Positions 49,509 to 58,414 of a DNA stretch of 64,000 nt are shown here, piece after piece. Source of the stretch: a bacterium (GTDB lineage Bacteria; UBA8248); the NCBI GenBank assembly GCA_965202625.1, contig CBDBBI010000010.1:320001-384000 (forward strand), read 5' to 3'. Within the stretch, counting starts at the first letter, position 1. Each line of letters begins with the position of its first letter. A program made the translations under genes and the position numbers. The notes under the pieces were generated by a model that ran no database searches, was not told where the DNA came from, and was given only the letters and a program-made list of their open reading frames with translations.

Positions 49509-52500
49509 ATGCGATTTCGCGCGTTTGATTTTGGATTTAGGTTTCTCTTGGGCTTGATGGTTGTATCCTGCACCTGTTTCGGGAGCGCGACTGCCATACG
49601 AGCTCAGGATGGCGGCTCGGCGAAGGGGAAGCGGCTATCAATCTCCTTGCCGGAAATCGTGGTGGAGTCGCCAAACATTGAGCATCTCATCGGTTCTCGT
49701 TTGCGTCCCATACCACCGAAGCGACTAGGTGTTCACCTTCCCGCCGTTTTCGTAGAGCTGGAAAATCCGCCCATTCGCTTACCCATGCGCCCGATTCCGC
49801 CTGATAAGGCGCTAAATCCGGGCCAAACACGCTTGTTCGGCGGTTTGTTGGGTGATTTTATTGATGAGAGTGAACAATTCGGCGCGGCGCTCACCTATTT
49901 GCGAAAGGACGCGCCCATAGAGGCGCTCTCCCTGTTTGATGGGTTGGCGAAAAAAACAGAACTTCATTTCTGGCGCGCGGCAGCTCTTTTCTGGGCGGGG
50001 GAGACGCTTTTGCAAATGAGAAAGGCGGAAGAAGCCCGGTCGCGAAGAAAGAAGTTGTTGCGGTTGCTTTTGACCGATGGCTTTCGCTACGTGGCGGCCG
50101 CAAGATACGCCTTGGCACAGGAACGCTTCGAGGCGCGCGACTACCAAGGATGTCTCGCTCTGCTGGAAGGACAAACGTGGGTTCAAGGAACGTTCGCCTA
50201 TGAGGAGGCGATTTTTCTGAAAGGTTGGGCCCAGGCGAAAACAGGTTCTGTGCATAAGGCGATCGACGCATGGACGACGCTTGCGAATGCCCGGGGGCGG
50301 CTAGCGCTTCGGGCGCTCGTCGTTCTCGGGAACTTCCATCTAAAGAGAGGGGATTACGTTGAGGCGCAAAAACGCTATGCGGCGGCTGAGGCGCTCGGGT
50401 CAAGGAGAGGCGGTTTTGATGACACGCTTCGCGGAGAAGCGCATCACGGCATGGGCTGGGCGCGATTGTTTTTGGGCCAGGTTGAGGGGGCAAAGCGCGC
50501 TTTTTCGAGTTTCGCGCGTCGGCGCCTAGTGCATCCGCTCAGAGTTTCCGTCCAAGCGGGTTTGCTTTCCGCTGATGTAGAATCCATACGAACTCCTCGT
50601 GAAAACCTCGACAAATTAAAGGCTCGCATTCTGAAATTCTCGACTGCCAACCGTCCCAATATGCTCGTTGGCGCCTTGCGTCTTCAGTTGGCCTGGAAAT
50701 TGTTCCGAATCGGCGCGTATGAGGAAGCGTCGCTTCTGGCGGGAAGGGTAAGCGATGAATTTCCGCTCGGTAGAATCTATCGCATAGCGAGAATCGTGGA
50801 GGGTCTCTCTCAATATCATCTCGATAAAGTGAAGCGCGCCTATGGTATTTTGCGTTTAGGCGCCGACTCCCCACCCGATTCCATTCATCGCCTGGCGGAG
50901 CGGAGTGCGGCTCGTTCCGCAGCGATGGCGACCGCTTTTGCTGCATTTCGACTCAAGGATTTCCGCGGCGCGCGGGATTTACTCAAGCATTGGGTTTTCC
51001 CGCCGGGCGGCGCTTCTACGATCTCCAAAGATGGTTTGGCGATCCTGTGGTATGGAGAGGCGGCCTTTGAATTGGGAAATCTTGATGATGCCGAGCGCGC
51101 TTTTCGGGCGGTTCCTGATGATGCGCCCGAGTTTTACCGCGCTTTGGGGGGGATTGCTTGGGTTCAATATAGGAAAAAAAACTGGAGAGAAGCCGCACTC
51201 GCCTTCGACCGCGTTTTCGAGTACGAACCGAGTGGCGCATTGGCGGCGGAGGCACTCGCCCGTTCCGGAGAAGCGCGCTTCAACCTAAGAGACTACGATG
51301 GCGCCTTGCAGTCTTTCGAAAGGGTGGAGAAAAAATACAGGGGAAGTGGCGTCGCGCGCGAGGTGCTGTATCAAAAGGCGAAGTTATTATTCAGACGCAG
51401 CCGTTTTGATGCGGCGGAGGAGAACTTTCACGCCTTTTTGAGTCGCTATCCCAAAAGCGAGGCGGCTCCTGAAATCAAGTACCTCCTGGCACTGATTCCT
51501 TTTCGCAGAGGTCATTACTCCCTAGCGCGGGAGAAACTTCACCCCTTCCTTAAAGCACATAAAGATTCATCCTTTGCGGGTGATGGTTATTTACGACTGG
51601 CCGATTCCTCCTACAACGAGGGACGCTACAGAGAGGCGAGCCGTCTATACCGGCGCATGATGAGCCAATATCCTTCTCATCCCAAATTCTCGGAAGCTGT
51701 CTATGGCCTTTTGCTCAGCCAGCTTCACCTCAGCGAGTATGCGCGCTTCCTGGCGGGCGCGCGCGAGTATATTGACCTGTATCCAGAGAGTAACCTAAGC
51801 ATTTCCCTGGCTTTTCAAATCGGCGAGGTGTTGTTCACCCGGAGAAAGTTGGAGGGGGCCCTAAAAGCGTATTCAGACGTCATCGCCCGCTATCCGGATA
51901 ATGCTCTGGCTACGCACGCCATGTTGCGAATTGCGGGCATCCATCGGAGCAGAAAAGATATTGATAAGGCTCTTGATGCGTATGAGATTTTGCTGACTCG
52001 GTATCCGACGAGCAGTCTCCATGCGAATGGGCTTTTTGGAGTCGGTGAGACCTTGGCCAGCATCGGCCGGTGCACGGAAGCGAAAAAGAATCTCGCGGAA
52101 TTTTTGGAATCATACCCGGGACATGCTTATGAAACGCTGGCCCGGTTGACGCTGGGGCACTGTCTGGTTCGGTTGCTCGAATACGATGCCGCCTTGCCCC
52201 ATCTTGTGATGGTCATGAGCGATGCGCTCACCGCAGGCGCTGATTTGCGCAGCCAATCTGCATTCCTGGCGGCTGGAATTTACGTGAAGCGAAAAAGATA
52301 TACTGATGCAGAGCGTGCCTTGGAGTTGACGGTCGAATTCGGGGAGCCGGAGCTGGCGGCGGCGGCGTTCTTTGAGCGCGCGCGTATATTTTCTGAGCGC
52401 GGAGAGCCGAAAGCGGCGGCGGAGTATTTGAAGTTGACCTATCGCTATCCAGATCAGAATATATGGGTGGCGCGCGCGTTAAAGAGTGCAGGCGAACTCT

Positions 52501-52649
52501 ATGAAAAACAGGGCAAGCACCTCATCGCCCTTAGGGTCTATCAAAAGATGGGGAAGGTTGCGAGAGGCGCCACATTTCAGAGAGAGGCGCGGATCGCGAT
52601 TAAGCGAATTACGCAACAAATGAAAGGTCGTGCTAGTGATGAGAATTGA
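49509..52649 (+). CDS. Secreted large tetratricopeptide-repeat protein (1046 aa)
   Basis: Signal peptide, Pro-rich N-region, many TPR pairs with 'YP.S..A' linkers. Confidence 0.85.
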   Translation: MRFRAFDFGFRFLLGLMVVSCTCFGSATAIRAQDGGSAKGKRLSISLPEIVVESPNIEHLIGSRLRPIPPKRLGVHLPAVFVELENPPIRLPMRPIPPDKALNPGQTRLFGGLLGDFIDESEQFGAALTYLRKDAPIEALSLFDGLAKKTELHFWRAAALFWAGETLLQMRKAEEARSRRKKLLRLLLTDGFRYVAAARYALAQERFEARDYQGCLALLEGQTWVQGTFAYEEAIFLKGWAQAKTGSVHKAIDAWTTLANARGRLALRALVVLGNFHLKRGDYVEAQKRYAAAEALGSRRGGFDDTLRGEAHHGMGWARLFLGQVEGAKRAFSSFARRRLVHPLRVSVQAGLLSADVESIRTPRENLDKLKARILKFSTANRPNMLVGALRLQLAWKLFRIGAYEEASLLAGRVSDEFPLGRIYRIARIVEGLSQYHLDKVKRAYGILRLGADSPPDSIHRLAERSAARSAAMATAFAAFRLKDFRGARDLLKHWVFPPGGASTISKDGLAILWYGEAAFELGNLDDAERAFRAVPDDAPEFYRALGGIAWVQYRKKNWREAALAFDRVFEYEPSGALAAEALARSGEARFNLRDYDGALQSFERVEKKYRGSGVAREVLYQKAKLLFRRSRFDAAEENFHAFLSRYPKSEAAPEIKYLLALIPFRRGHYSLAREKLHPFLKAHKDSSFAGDGYLRLADSSYNEGRYREASRLYRRMMSQYPSHPKFSEAVYGLLLSQLHLSEYARFLAGAREYIDLYPESNLSISLAFQIGEVLFTRRKLEGALKAYSDVIARYPDNALATHAMLRIAGIHRSRKDIDKALDAYEILLTRYPTSSLHANGLFGVGETLASIGRCTEAKKNLAEFLESYPGHAYETLARLTLGHCLVRLLEYDAALPHLVMVMSDALTAGADLRSQSAFLAAGIYVKRKRYTDAERALELTVEFGEPELAAAAFFERARIFSERGEPKAAAEYLKLTYRYPDQNIWVARALKSAGELYEKQGKHLIALRVYQKMGKVARGATFQREARIAIKRITQQMKGRASDEN

Positions 52650-52678
52650 GAATTCCCATTTTATGAAGGTATTTGCTG

Positions 52679-53278
52679 ATGTTTGAGTTTTTGACCAAAG
52701 GCGGAGTGTTGATGGTTCCGCTGGGCGTGTGCTCCATTTTCGCCGTTGCCATCATCTTGGAGCGAACGCTGAATCTGCGCACCAGGAAAATCATTCAATT
52801 CGACGTCCTCCAGCAGGTCAGGGACTTGGTCGCGGGCAACCGCGTTTCTGACGCCATGACGTTGTGCCGGCGCTATCCTTCCGTGATGGGCAGGGTCCTG
52901 CTCATGGCGATAGCGAATCACAACAGGCAGTGGGGTGAACTTCGATCCATCGTGGAGGACGCGGGCAGGCAGGAGGTCACCGCTCTCGATAAGAACTTGG
53001 GCGCCTTGGGCACGATTGCCGCCATCGCGCCGTTGCTGGGCCTCACTGGGACGGTTTTTGGTATGATTCGAACCTTCGCCATCATTAGCGAGAAGGGAAT
53101 CGCTCACCCCAGCCAACTCGCCGGCGGAATCAGCGAGGCGCTCATCACTACGGCGACCGGCCTCGTCATCGCGATACCCGCGCTCATTTTTTACAACTAT
53201 TTCACGAATAAGGCGGGCCGCCTCCTTCTGGAAATAGAAAAACACTCCTACCGAGTCATTGAAACGCTGAAGCGGTGA
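52679..53278 (+). CDS. exbB: MotA/TolQ/ExbB proton channel protein
   Basis: LGTIAAIAPLLGLTGTVFGMI, GISEALITTATGL. Confidence 0.93.
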   Translation: MFEFLTKGGVLMVPLGVCSIFAVAIILERTLNLRTRKIIQFDVLQQVRDLVAGNRVSDAMTLCRRYPSVMGRVLLMAIANHNRQWGELRSIVEDAGRQEVTALDKNLGALGTIAAIAPLLGLTGTVFGMIRTFAIISEKGIAHPSQLAGGISEALITTATGLVIAIPALIFYNYFTNKAGRLLLEIEKHSYRVIETLKR

Positions 53279-53285
53279 AGATAAA

Positions 53286-53711
53286 GTGAGCTTTCAAGAG
53301 ACTAGGCGCGTGCGGGCAGAACCCGGTATGACCGCCATGATCGATATTATCTTTTTGTTACTCTTATTCTTTGTCCTGAGTTCTTCATTTGTTCTGCAAC
53401 CGGGTGTCAAAGTGGAGTTGCCGAGGACCGTCACGCAGGAGCATTACGTGCGCAAGGATTTGATCCTCATAATAGCGCGCGACAAAAGAATTTTTTTGGA
53501 CAACGAGCAAGTGCCTCTCGAAGCTCTCTGGGGTCGTTTGATAGAGGAGCTCAAGGTGCAGCGCGAGGGTGTAATCATCATCCGGGCTGACAGGGACGTG
53601 CCTCATGGCTTGGTGGTGAAAGTCATGGATATTGCCAAGCAAGCAGGAGCGTTGCGGATGTCGATTGCGACGGCGCCGATAAAGCGGGTGGAGAAGAATA
53701 CGACGAAATAG
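53286..53711 (+). CDS. exbD: ExbD/TolR family protein
   Basis: MTAMIDIIFLLLLFF with conserved Asp; IRADRDVPHG...VMD. Confidence 0.93.
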   Translation: MSFQETRRVRAEPGMTAMIDIIFLLLLFFVLSSSFVLQPGVKVELPRTVTQEHYVRKDLILIIARDKRIFLDNEQVPLEALWGRLIEELKVQREGVIIIRADRDVPHGLVVKVMDIAKQAGALRMSIATAPIKRVEKNTTK

Positions 53712-53738
53712 CCCGAAGGAGAGGACGGCTCGGAGATC

Positions 53739-54575
53739 ATGAGCTTTTCGTTAATATTCACTTTATTGATTTCCATCGTTCTTCACGTGGGATTGGTTCT
53801 GCTCGGTCCTGCCATCAAACTCTCACCGATATTCGCTAAGCAGCCTGATAGAACGGAAGTGGACCTTGTGCGCCGCAGGGTACCGATACCGGAAGCCCTG
53901 CGGCCGAAGCCATTGCCCCAAGTTCCCTTGCCCAAACCATTGGATTTGAAGCGCTTGCTGCAAAGAAAGACGGCGAATGAGCGCACCTTGAACCTTGCTG
54001 TGAAGCCGAAATTTCAGGCGCCTGAGCCCGGGGCGTTGCCCAAGAGCAAACAGCTGCCTGCACCTCCCTCGTTCAATATGCCGAAACCCGTGCTCGGGCC
54101 CGGAAAGATACCCCCACCCAAGATCCTGGAAGGGGTAGAAGCGATAGGGGAAATCGTTTTGCCGGCGGACACAGCGGGAGAATCAAAAGGCTTGGAGGGC
54201 GGGAAAAAAGCGTCGTTCCTAGATTCCAGAACAGATCAGAGCATATTGGGTGAATTATGGCGATCGAGTTCCTCGCGCGCCTCTCGGACGAGGAGAGGAA
54301 CCTTCATCAAAGGACCTGCGGCGCAGCGGAGAATCCTGTTTCGGCCAAAGCCGCCCAAACTGGAGAGACTCGAAAGCACTGCGGAGGTCGTCCTGAAATT
54401 TTGGGTGTTGGCCGATGGCGCCGTTGGCCGCGTAATTCCGATTAGAAAGGCGAACGCATACCTAGAGGGTTTGGCTTCGAATCACGTCAAGCGCTGGCGT
54501 TTTAGCCCACTTCCTCCAGGCGCTGACGACACGGAGCAGTGGGGCGAAATCACTTTCCGCTTCGTTTTGCGCTGA
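53739..54575 (+). CDS. TonB-like energy transducer
   Basis: TM with SxxxH (SIVLH), Pro/Lys-rich linker, C-terminal VVLKFWV..DGAV...WRFSP...ITFRF. Confidence 0.85.
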   Translation: MSFSLIFTLLISIVLHVGLVLLGPAIKLSPIFAKQPDRTEVDLVRRRVPIPEALRPKPLPQVPLPKPLDLKRLLQRKTANERTLNLAVKPKFQAPEPGALPKSKQLPAPPSFNMPKPVLGPGKIPPPKILEGVEAIGEIVLPADTAGESKGLEGGKKASFLDSRTDQSILGELWRSSSSRASRTRRGTFIKGPAAQRRILFRPKPPKLERLESTAEVVLKFWVLADGAVGRVIPIRKANAYLEGLASNHVKRWRFSPLPPGADDTEQWGEITFRFVLR

Positions 54576-54584
54576 GGGGGTGCT

Positions 54585-55049
54585 TTGGAATACAGAGCGA
54601 CGGGCTTGTTTTACGAGGAATTTGAAGAGGGCAGGTCGTGGAAGACCGCCGCGAGAACGATAGGGGAGTCCGATGTGAACGCCTTTTCCGCTTTGACGGG
54701 CGATTACACTTATCTACATACCGACGCCGAAGCAGCGGCCAAAACGCCTTTCGGGCAAAGGGTGGCGCATGGATTGCTTGGCCTCTCCTTTCTCATCGGG
54801 CTGGTGACGAGGCTGGGAATCATTGAGGGAACCGTCGAGGCGTTTTTGGGGTTGGAGTGGTGCTTCCGCGGTCCGATTCTCTTCGGAGATACGATTTATG
54901 GAGAGGTCGCAGTGAAATCCAGGCGTATCTCCAGTAAAGAGCAGGGGCTGGTGACGCTCGCTCTGCGGCTCGTGAATCAAAGAAAAGAGATCATACACGA
55001 GGGAGATGTCACCATTATGGTGGAGAGGAAAGATAAGAGCGTGGAATAG
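54585..55049 (+). CDS. MaoC-family dehydratase
   Basis: FSALTGDYTYLHTD, FGQRVAHG, FRGPILFGDT. Confidence 0.92.
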   Translation: MEYRATGLFYEEFEEGRSWKTAARTIGESDVNAFSALTGDYTYLHTDAEAAAKTPFGQRVAHGLLGLSFLIGLVTRLGIIEGTVEAFLGLEWCFRGPILFGDTIYGEVAVKSRRISSKEQGLVTLALRLVNQRKEIIHEGDVTIMVERKDKSVE

Positions 55050-55072
55050 TGCCTCTTATGTTCTTCGCCTGA

Positions 55073-55315
55073 TTATCCGCCTACAATCGGCGGAAACACG
55101 CAAATCTCCGCTCCATCTGGTATCAGGGCGGATTTTTTCGCATGTCGCCCATCCAGCAAGACGATATAGGCCTCCTCATGAGGTATTTCAAAGAGATCAA
55201 GCACGTCACACACCCTTGTGGTATCCGGCAGCGCAATTTCGGCCACGCCGTTTGCATCCTGCTCAGGGGGCATTTTCTTCGAAAAATCGGCAAACAGCTT
55301 GAGGCGGATTTTCAC
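55073..55315 (-). CDS. MoaD/ThiS family ubiquitin-like sulfur carrier
   Basis: 80 aa beta-grasp pattern ending FPPIVGG; GTG start overlaps larC stop (GTGA). Confidence 0.92.
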   Translation of the reverse strand: MKIRLKLFADFSKKMPPEQDANGVAEIALPDTTRVCDVLDLFEIPHEEAYIVLLDGRHAKKSALIPDGAEICVFPPIVGG

Positions 55316-56544
55316 GACCGACTCCCTTGCGTTTCTCTGGCGCGTGAGGCGGCTGCTTCCATCACTTGCTTGAGGGGAACGCCGTTTTCTTCCGCCAATC
55401 GCTTGCAGTCTTCATACTCCGGCGCGAGATTAATGAGTTTGCCCTCAAACGTTCCTTTTTTGACGCGTACTTGACCCCACGGAAGCGTGACGTTCATCCA
55501 TTGTCGCTCGGCTATGGAGCGATGCATCGTGCGGTGGCGAACGCCGAGCGTTGACGTCTCTTGAAACACGAACCGGGTGAGCGCTTCTTTTTTAGACACG
55601 GGACTCAGGATGGTGAACAATTGCGCGGGCCTTCCCTTTTTGCCTACAATGGGGGTGGAAAACGCGTCAAGCGCGCCCGCCTTTAATGCGCCTTTTATGA
55701 GATAGGGAAAAAACTCTGGACTCATGTCATCAATGTTGGTTTCGAGCACGGCGATGATGGCGGGAGGATGGTTGTCGTTGCGGCTCGGTTGGCTCTCCCC
55801 CAAAAGAGCGCGAACGACGTTGGGCATGTTTTTCTGGTCTTTCTCGCCCGCCCCATAGCCTACTTTTGTTATTTTCATTTCAGGGATAGGTCCGAAAGAT
55901 TCCGCGCTCTCGCTCAACAGTAAAGCACCTGTGGGCGTCAGTACCTCGCCCTTAAGACCGTTGTCCATCACGGGAACGCCTTCAAGCAGCTTCGCGGTGG
56001 CGGGAGCGGGAATGGGCATCCGCCCGTGCGCGCATTCTACGTATCCGCGCCCTACCGGCAGCGGGGACGACACGACCCGTTCGATTCCCAACATGTGGAG
56101 ACCCAAAAAATAGCCCGTTATGTCAATGATGGAATCAACCGCGCCGACCTCGTGGAAATGAACGGATTCGATGTCAACGCCGTGGATTCTGGCCTCCACC
56201 ACCCCGAGGCGATGGAACGCGGAGACGGCGCGATTTTTAGGGACGTTGGGAATGGATGCGCTTTCGAGAATTTCTCTAATGCGTGCGTAGGAGCGCCCAT
56301 GTGGAGTGGTGGAATGCATCCTCCCGTGGTGTTGATACTGCGTTTTTTTTGTGAGGGTCACGTCGAATTTTTGAGACGTAACGTTTTGTTTAACAAGTCT
56401 TCTTGTAGAGATTGCATAATCCGCGATCGAGAGTTTTCTCAATTCGCCTTCAAGTGCGGAGAAATCAAGGCCGACATCAAGCAAAGCACCCAGGAGCATG
56501 TCGCCGGCAGCGCCCGCGAAGCAGTCAAAATAGATCGTTTTCAC
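55312..56544 (-). CDS. larC: Nickel pincer cofactor biosynthesis protein LarC (nickel insertase)
   Basis: YFDCFAGAAGDMLLGAL, VHFHEVGAVDSIID, LTPTGA, LETNIDD, KKGRP, APEYEDC; start GTG 56544. Confidence 0.96.
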   Translation of the reverse strand: MKTIYFDCFAGAAGDMLLGALLDVGLDFSALEGELRKLSIADYAISTRRLVKQNVTSQKFDVTLTKKTQYQHHGRMHSTTPHGRSYARIREILESASIPNVPKNRAVSAFHRLGVVEARIHGVDIESVHFHEVGAVDSIIDITGYFLGLHMLGIERVVSSPLPVGRGYVECAHGRMPIPAPATAKLLEGVPVMDNGLKGEVLTPTGALLLSESAESFGPIPEMKITKVGYGAGEKDQKNMPNVVRALLGESQPSRNDNHPPAIIAVLETNIDDMSPEFFPYLIKGALKAGALDAFSTPIVGKKGRPAQLFTILSPVSKKEALTRFVFQETSTLGVRHRTMHRSIAERQWMNVTLPWGQVRVKKGTFEGKLINLAPEYEDCKRLAEENGVPLKQVMEAAASRARETQGSRS

Positions 56545-57299
56545 GAAGCGGTCGTTTGCTTGTTGATGAGGTGACCTTGGCAAGCCGCTCCAAAGCCGTT
56601 GTCGATGTTCACTACGCTGAGTCCAGAGGCGCAGGAGTTTAGCATCGCGAACAGTGCTGTCATCCCACCTAGGTTGGCACCATAGCCTATCGACGTGGGC
56701 ACCGCGATGACGGGACAAGCCACGAGACCGGCGACTACGGAGGGGAGAGCGCCCTCCATGCCCGCCACTGCGATGATGACGTTGGCGTTGCACAGGGTTT
56801 TCATTTCGGCGAGGAGGCGGTGCAGGCCCGCCACCCCCACATCATAGATGCGCCGCACTTGCGATCCCAAAATTCGCGCCGTCACGGCCGCTTCTTCAGC
56901 CACGGGGAGATCCGACGTGCCAGCGCAAAGCACCGTGAGACAGCCAATGGGAGCAGGCGGTTTTTTTGATGGTATTTCTACGATGCGCGCTATTTCGTGG
57001 TGATTCGCATGGGGGGATAATTCTAGCAGGGCCTCGGCGTGCTCCGCTTTCGCGTGCGTGAGAAAAACTGTTTGCTCTTTTGCCAGCAAACTTTTGGCGA
57101 TTTCAACAACCTGCTCTTTGGTTTTTCCAGTCCCGAAAACGACCTCGGGAAACCCGTTTCTCAGAGCGCGGTGATGGTCCACCCGCGTGTGGCCCAGATT
57201 TTCGAACGGCAACTCTCGAAGGCGTGCGAGGGCACCGTCCGGAGCGAGTCGGCCTTCTCTCACCCGCTCAAGGAGTTCGAGTATCAGGTCAGGGTTCAT
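56541..57299 (-). CDS. larB: Nickel pincer cofactor biosynthesis protein LarB
   Basis: DHHR..R.GFPEVVFG.GK, AGTSDLPVAEEA, DVGVAGLHRL, AGMEGALPS, NIDNGFGA. Confidence 0.97.
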   Translation of the reverse strand: MNPDLILELLERVREGRLAPDGALARLRELPFENLGHTRVDHHRALRNGFPEVVFGTGKTKEQVVEIAKSLLAKEQTVFLTHAKAEHAEALLELSPHANHHEIARIVEIPSKKPPAPIGCLTVLCAGTSDLPVAEEAAVTARILGSQVRRIYDVGVAGLHRLLAEMKTLCNANVIIAVAGMEGALPSVVAGLVACPVIAVPTSIGYGANLGGMTALFAMLNSCASGLSVVNIDNGFGAACQGHLINKQTTAS

Positions 57300-58162
57300 A
57301 GGAGGACGAGAAGATCGGACATACGCTCGGATTTGAGGGTTTCGTTCATGCTGCCCGAACGGAATCCTTCCAGGTCGATGGTCACATACGTGAAGCCGGC
57401 CTCTTTTATGCCATGAATCACCTTCTCAGAGAGCTCCTCGCGTATCAAGCGCGAGATATCTCCCTTTGGGACTTCAATTCTTGCGACGGCGTCGTGGTGG
57501 CGCACCCTCAGTTGCCCAAACCCCAATTTACGCAAGGCACTTTCCGCTTTTTCTACTTGGGCGATTTTCTCGGGGGTGATACGATCCCCATAGGGAAATC
57601 GGCTCGACAAACAGGCTTGCGCCGGTTTGTTCCAGTTAGGAAGGTCCAGTGATTGAGAGTGCGCGCGAATGTCTTCTTTCGTCATTCCCACTTCCATGAG
57701 TGGGCTTCTCACGCCCAGTTCTCGCGCCGCCTGCATTCCGGGGCGATGATCCCCCACGTCATCGGCGTTTGAGCCATCGACGATAACGGCCATCCCCTCT
57801 TTAGACGCCACGCGACCCAGAATCGAATACAGCTCGTTTTTGCAAAAATAACAACGATTCGGTGGGTTGTTTCCAAAGGATTCGTCGGCGATCTCATTTG
57901 TGTCCACGATGACGTGCCGAATTCCGATCTGACTTGCGAGTGCGCTTGATGCTCGCAACTCCGACGCGGCGAGGGTGACAGAGCGGCCCGTGGCGGCAAG
58001 GGAGCGCGCACCTAGGACCTGGTACGCTACTTTGGCCAAAAAGGTGCTGTCCACGCCGGCAGAGAAAGCGACAAGAACGCTCCCCATCTCTCTCAGAATT
58101 CGTTCAAGGTCCTTCAGTTTTCTGTCCAGCTTCGCATCGCTCAAAATATATCTCCGTTCCAT
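57296..58162 (-). CDS. larE: ATP-dependent sulfur transferase LarE (CxxC...C type)
   Basis: PP-loop SAGVDS, RCYFCK, DHRPG, ACLSSRFPYG, GFRSGSMN. Confidence 0.96.
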   Translation of the reverse strand: MERRYILSDAKLDRKLKDLERILREMGSVLVAFSAGVDSTFLAKVAYQVLGARSLAATGRSVTLAASELRASSALASQIGIRHVIVDTNEIADESFGNNPPNRCYFCKNELYSILGRVASKEGMAVIVDGSNADDVGDHRPGMQAARELGVRSPLMEVGMTKEDIRAHSQSLDLPNWNKPAQACLSSRFPYGDRITPEKIAQVEKAESALRKLGFGQLRVRHHDAVARIEVPKGDISRLIREELSEKVIHGIKEAGFTYVTIDLEGFRSGSMNETLKSERMSDLLVLL

Positions 58163-58414
58163 GAATAATTTTCACTTATTCTAATCCATCCGATGCTCCG
58201 GGGGCAACGCATCGACATTCCAGGTTCCATAGCGTATTACAATGTCGAGCTTTTCGATAATGCGTAGTTGTTCCCATGCTCGGATAGATAGTTGTGAGAA
58301 TGCAGGGTTTTCTACGCTCCTCAAGAGCACACGGTTCGCTCCATCGCGCTTAAGCCAAATGGCACTGAACGAGACGTATGCGCGTCGTTTAAGGAGCGCT
58401 AAACAGAAGGGAGG

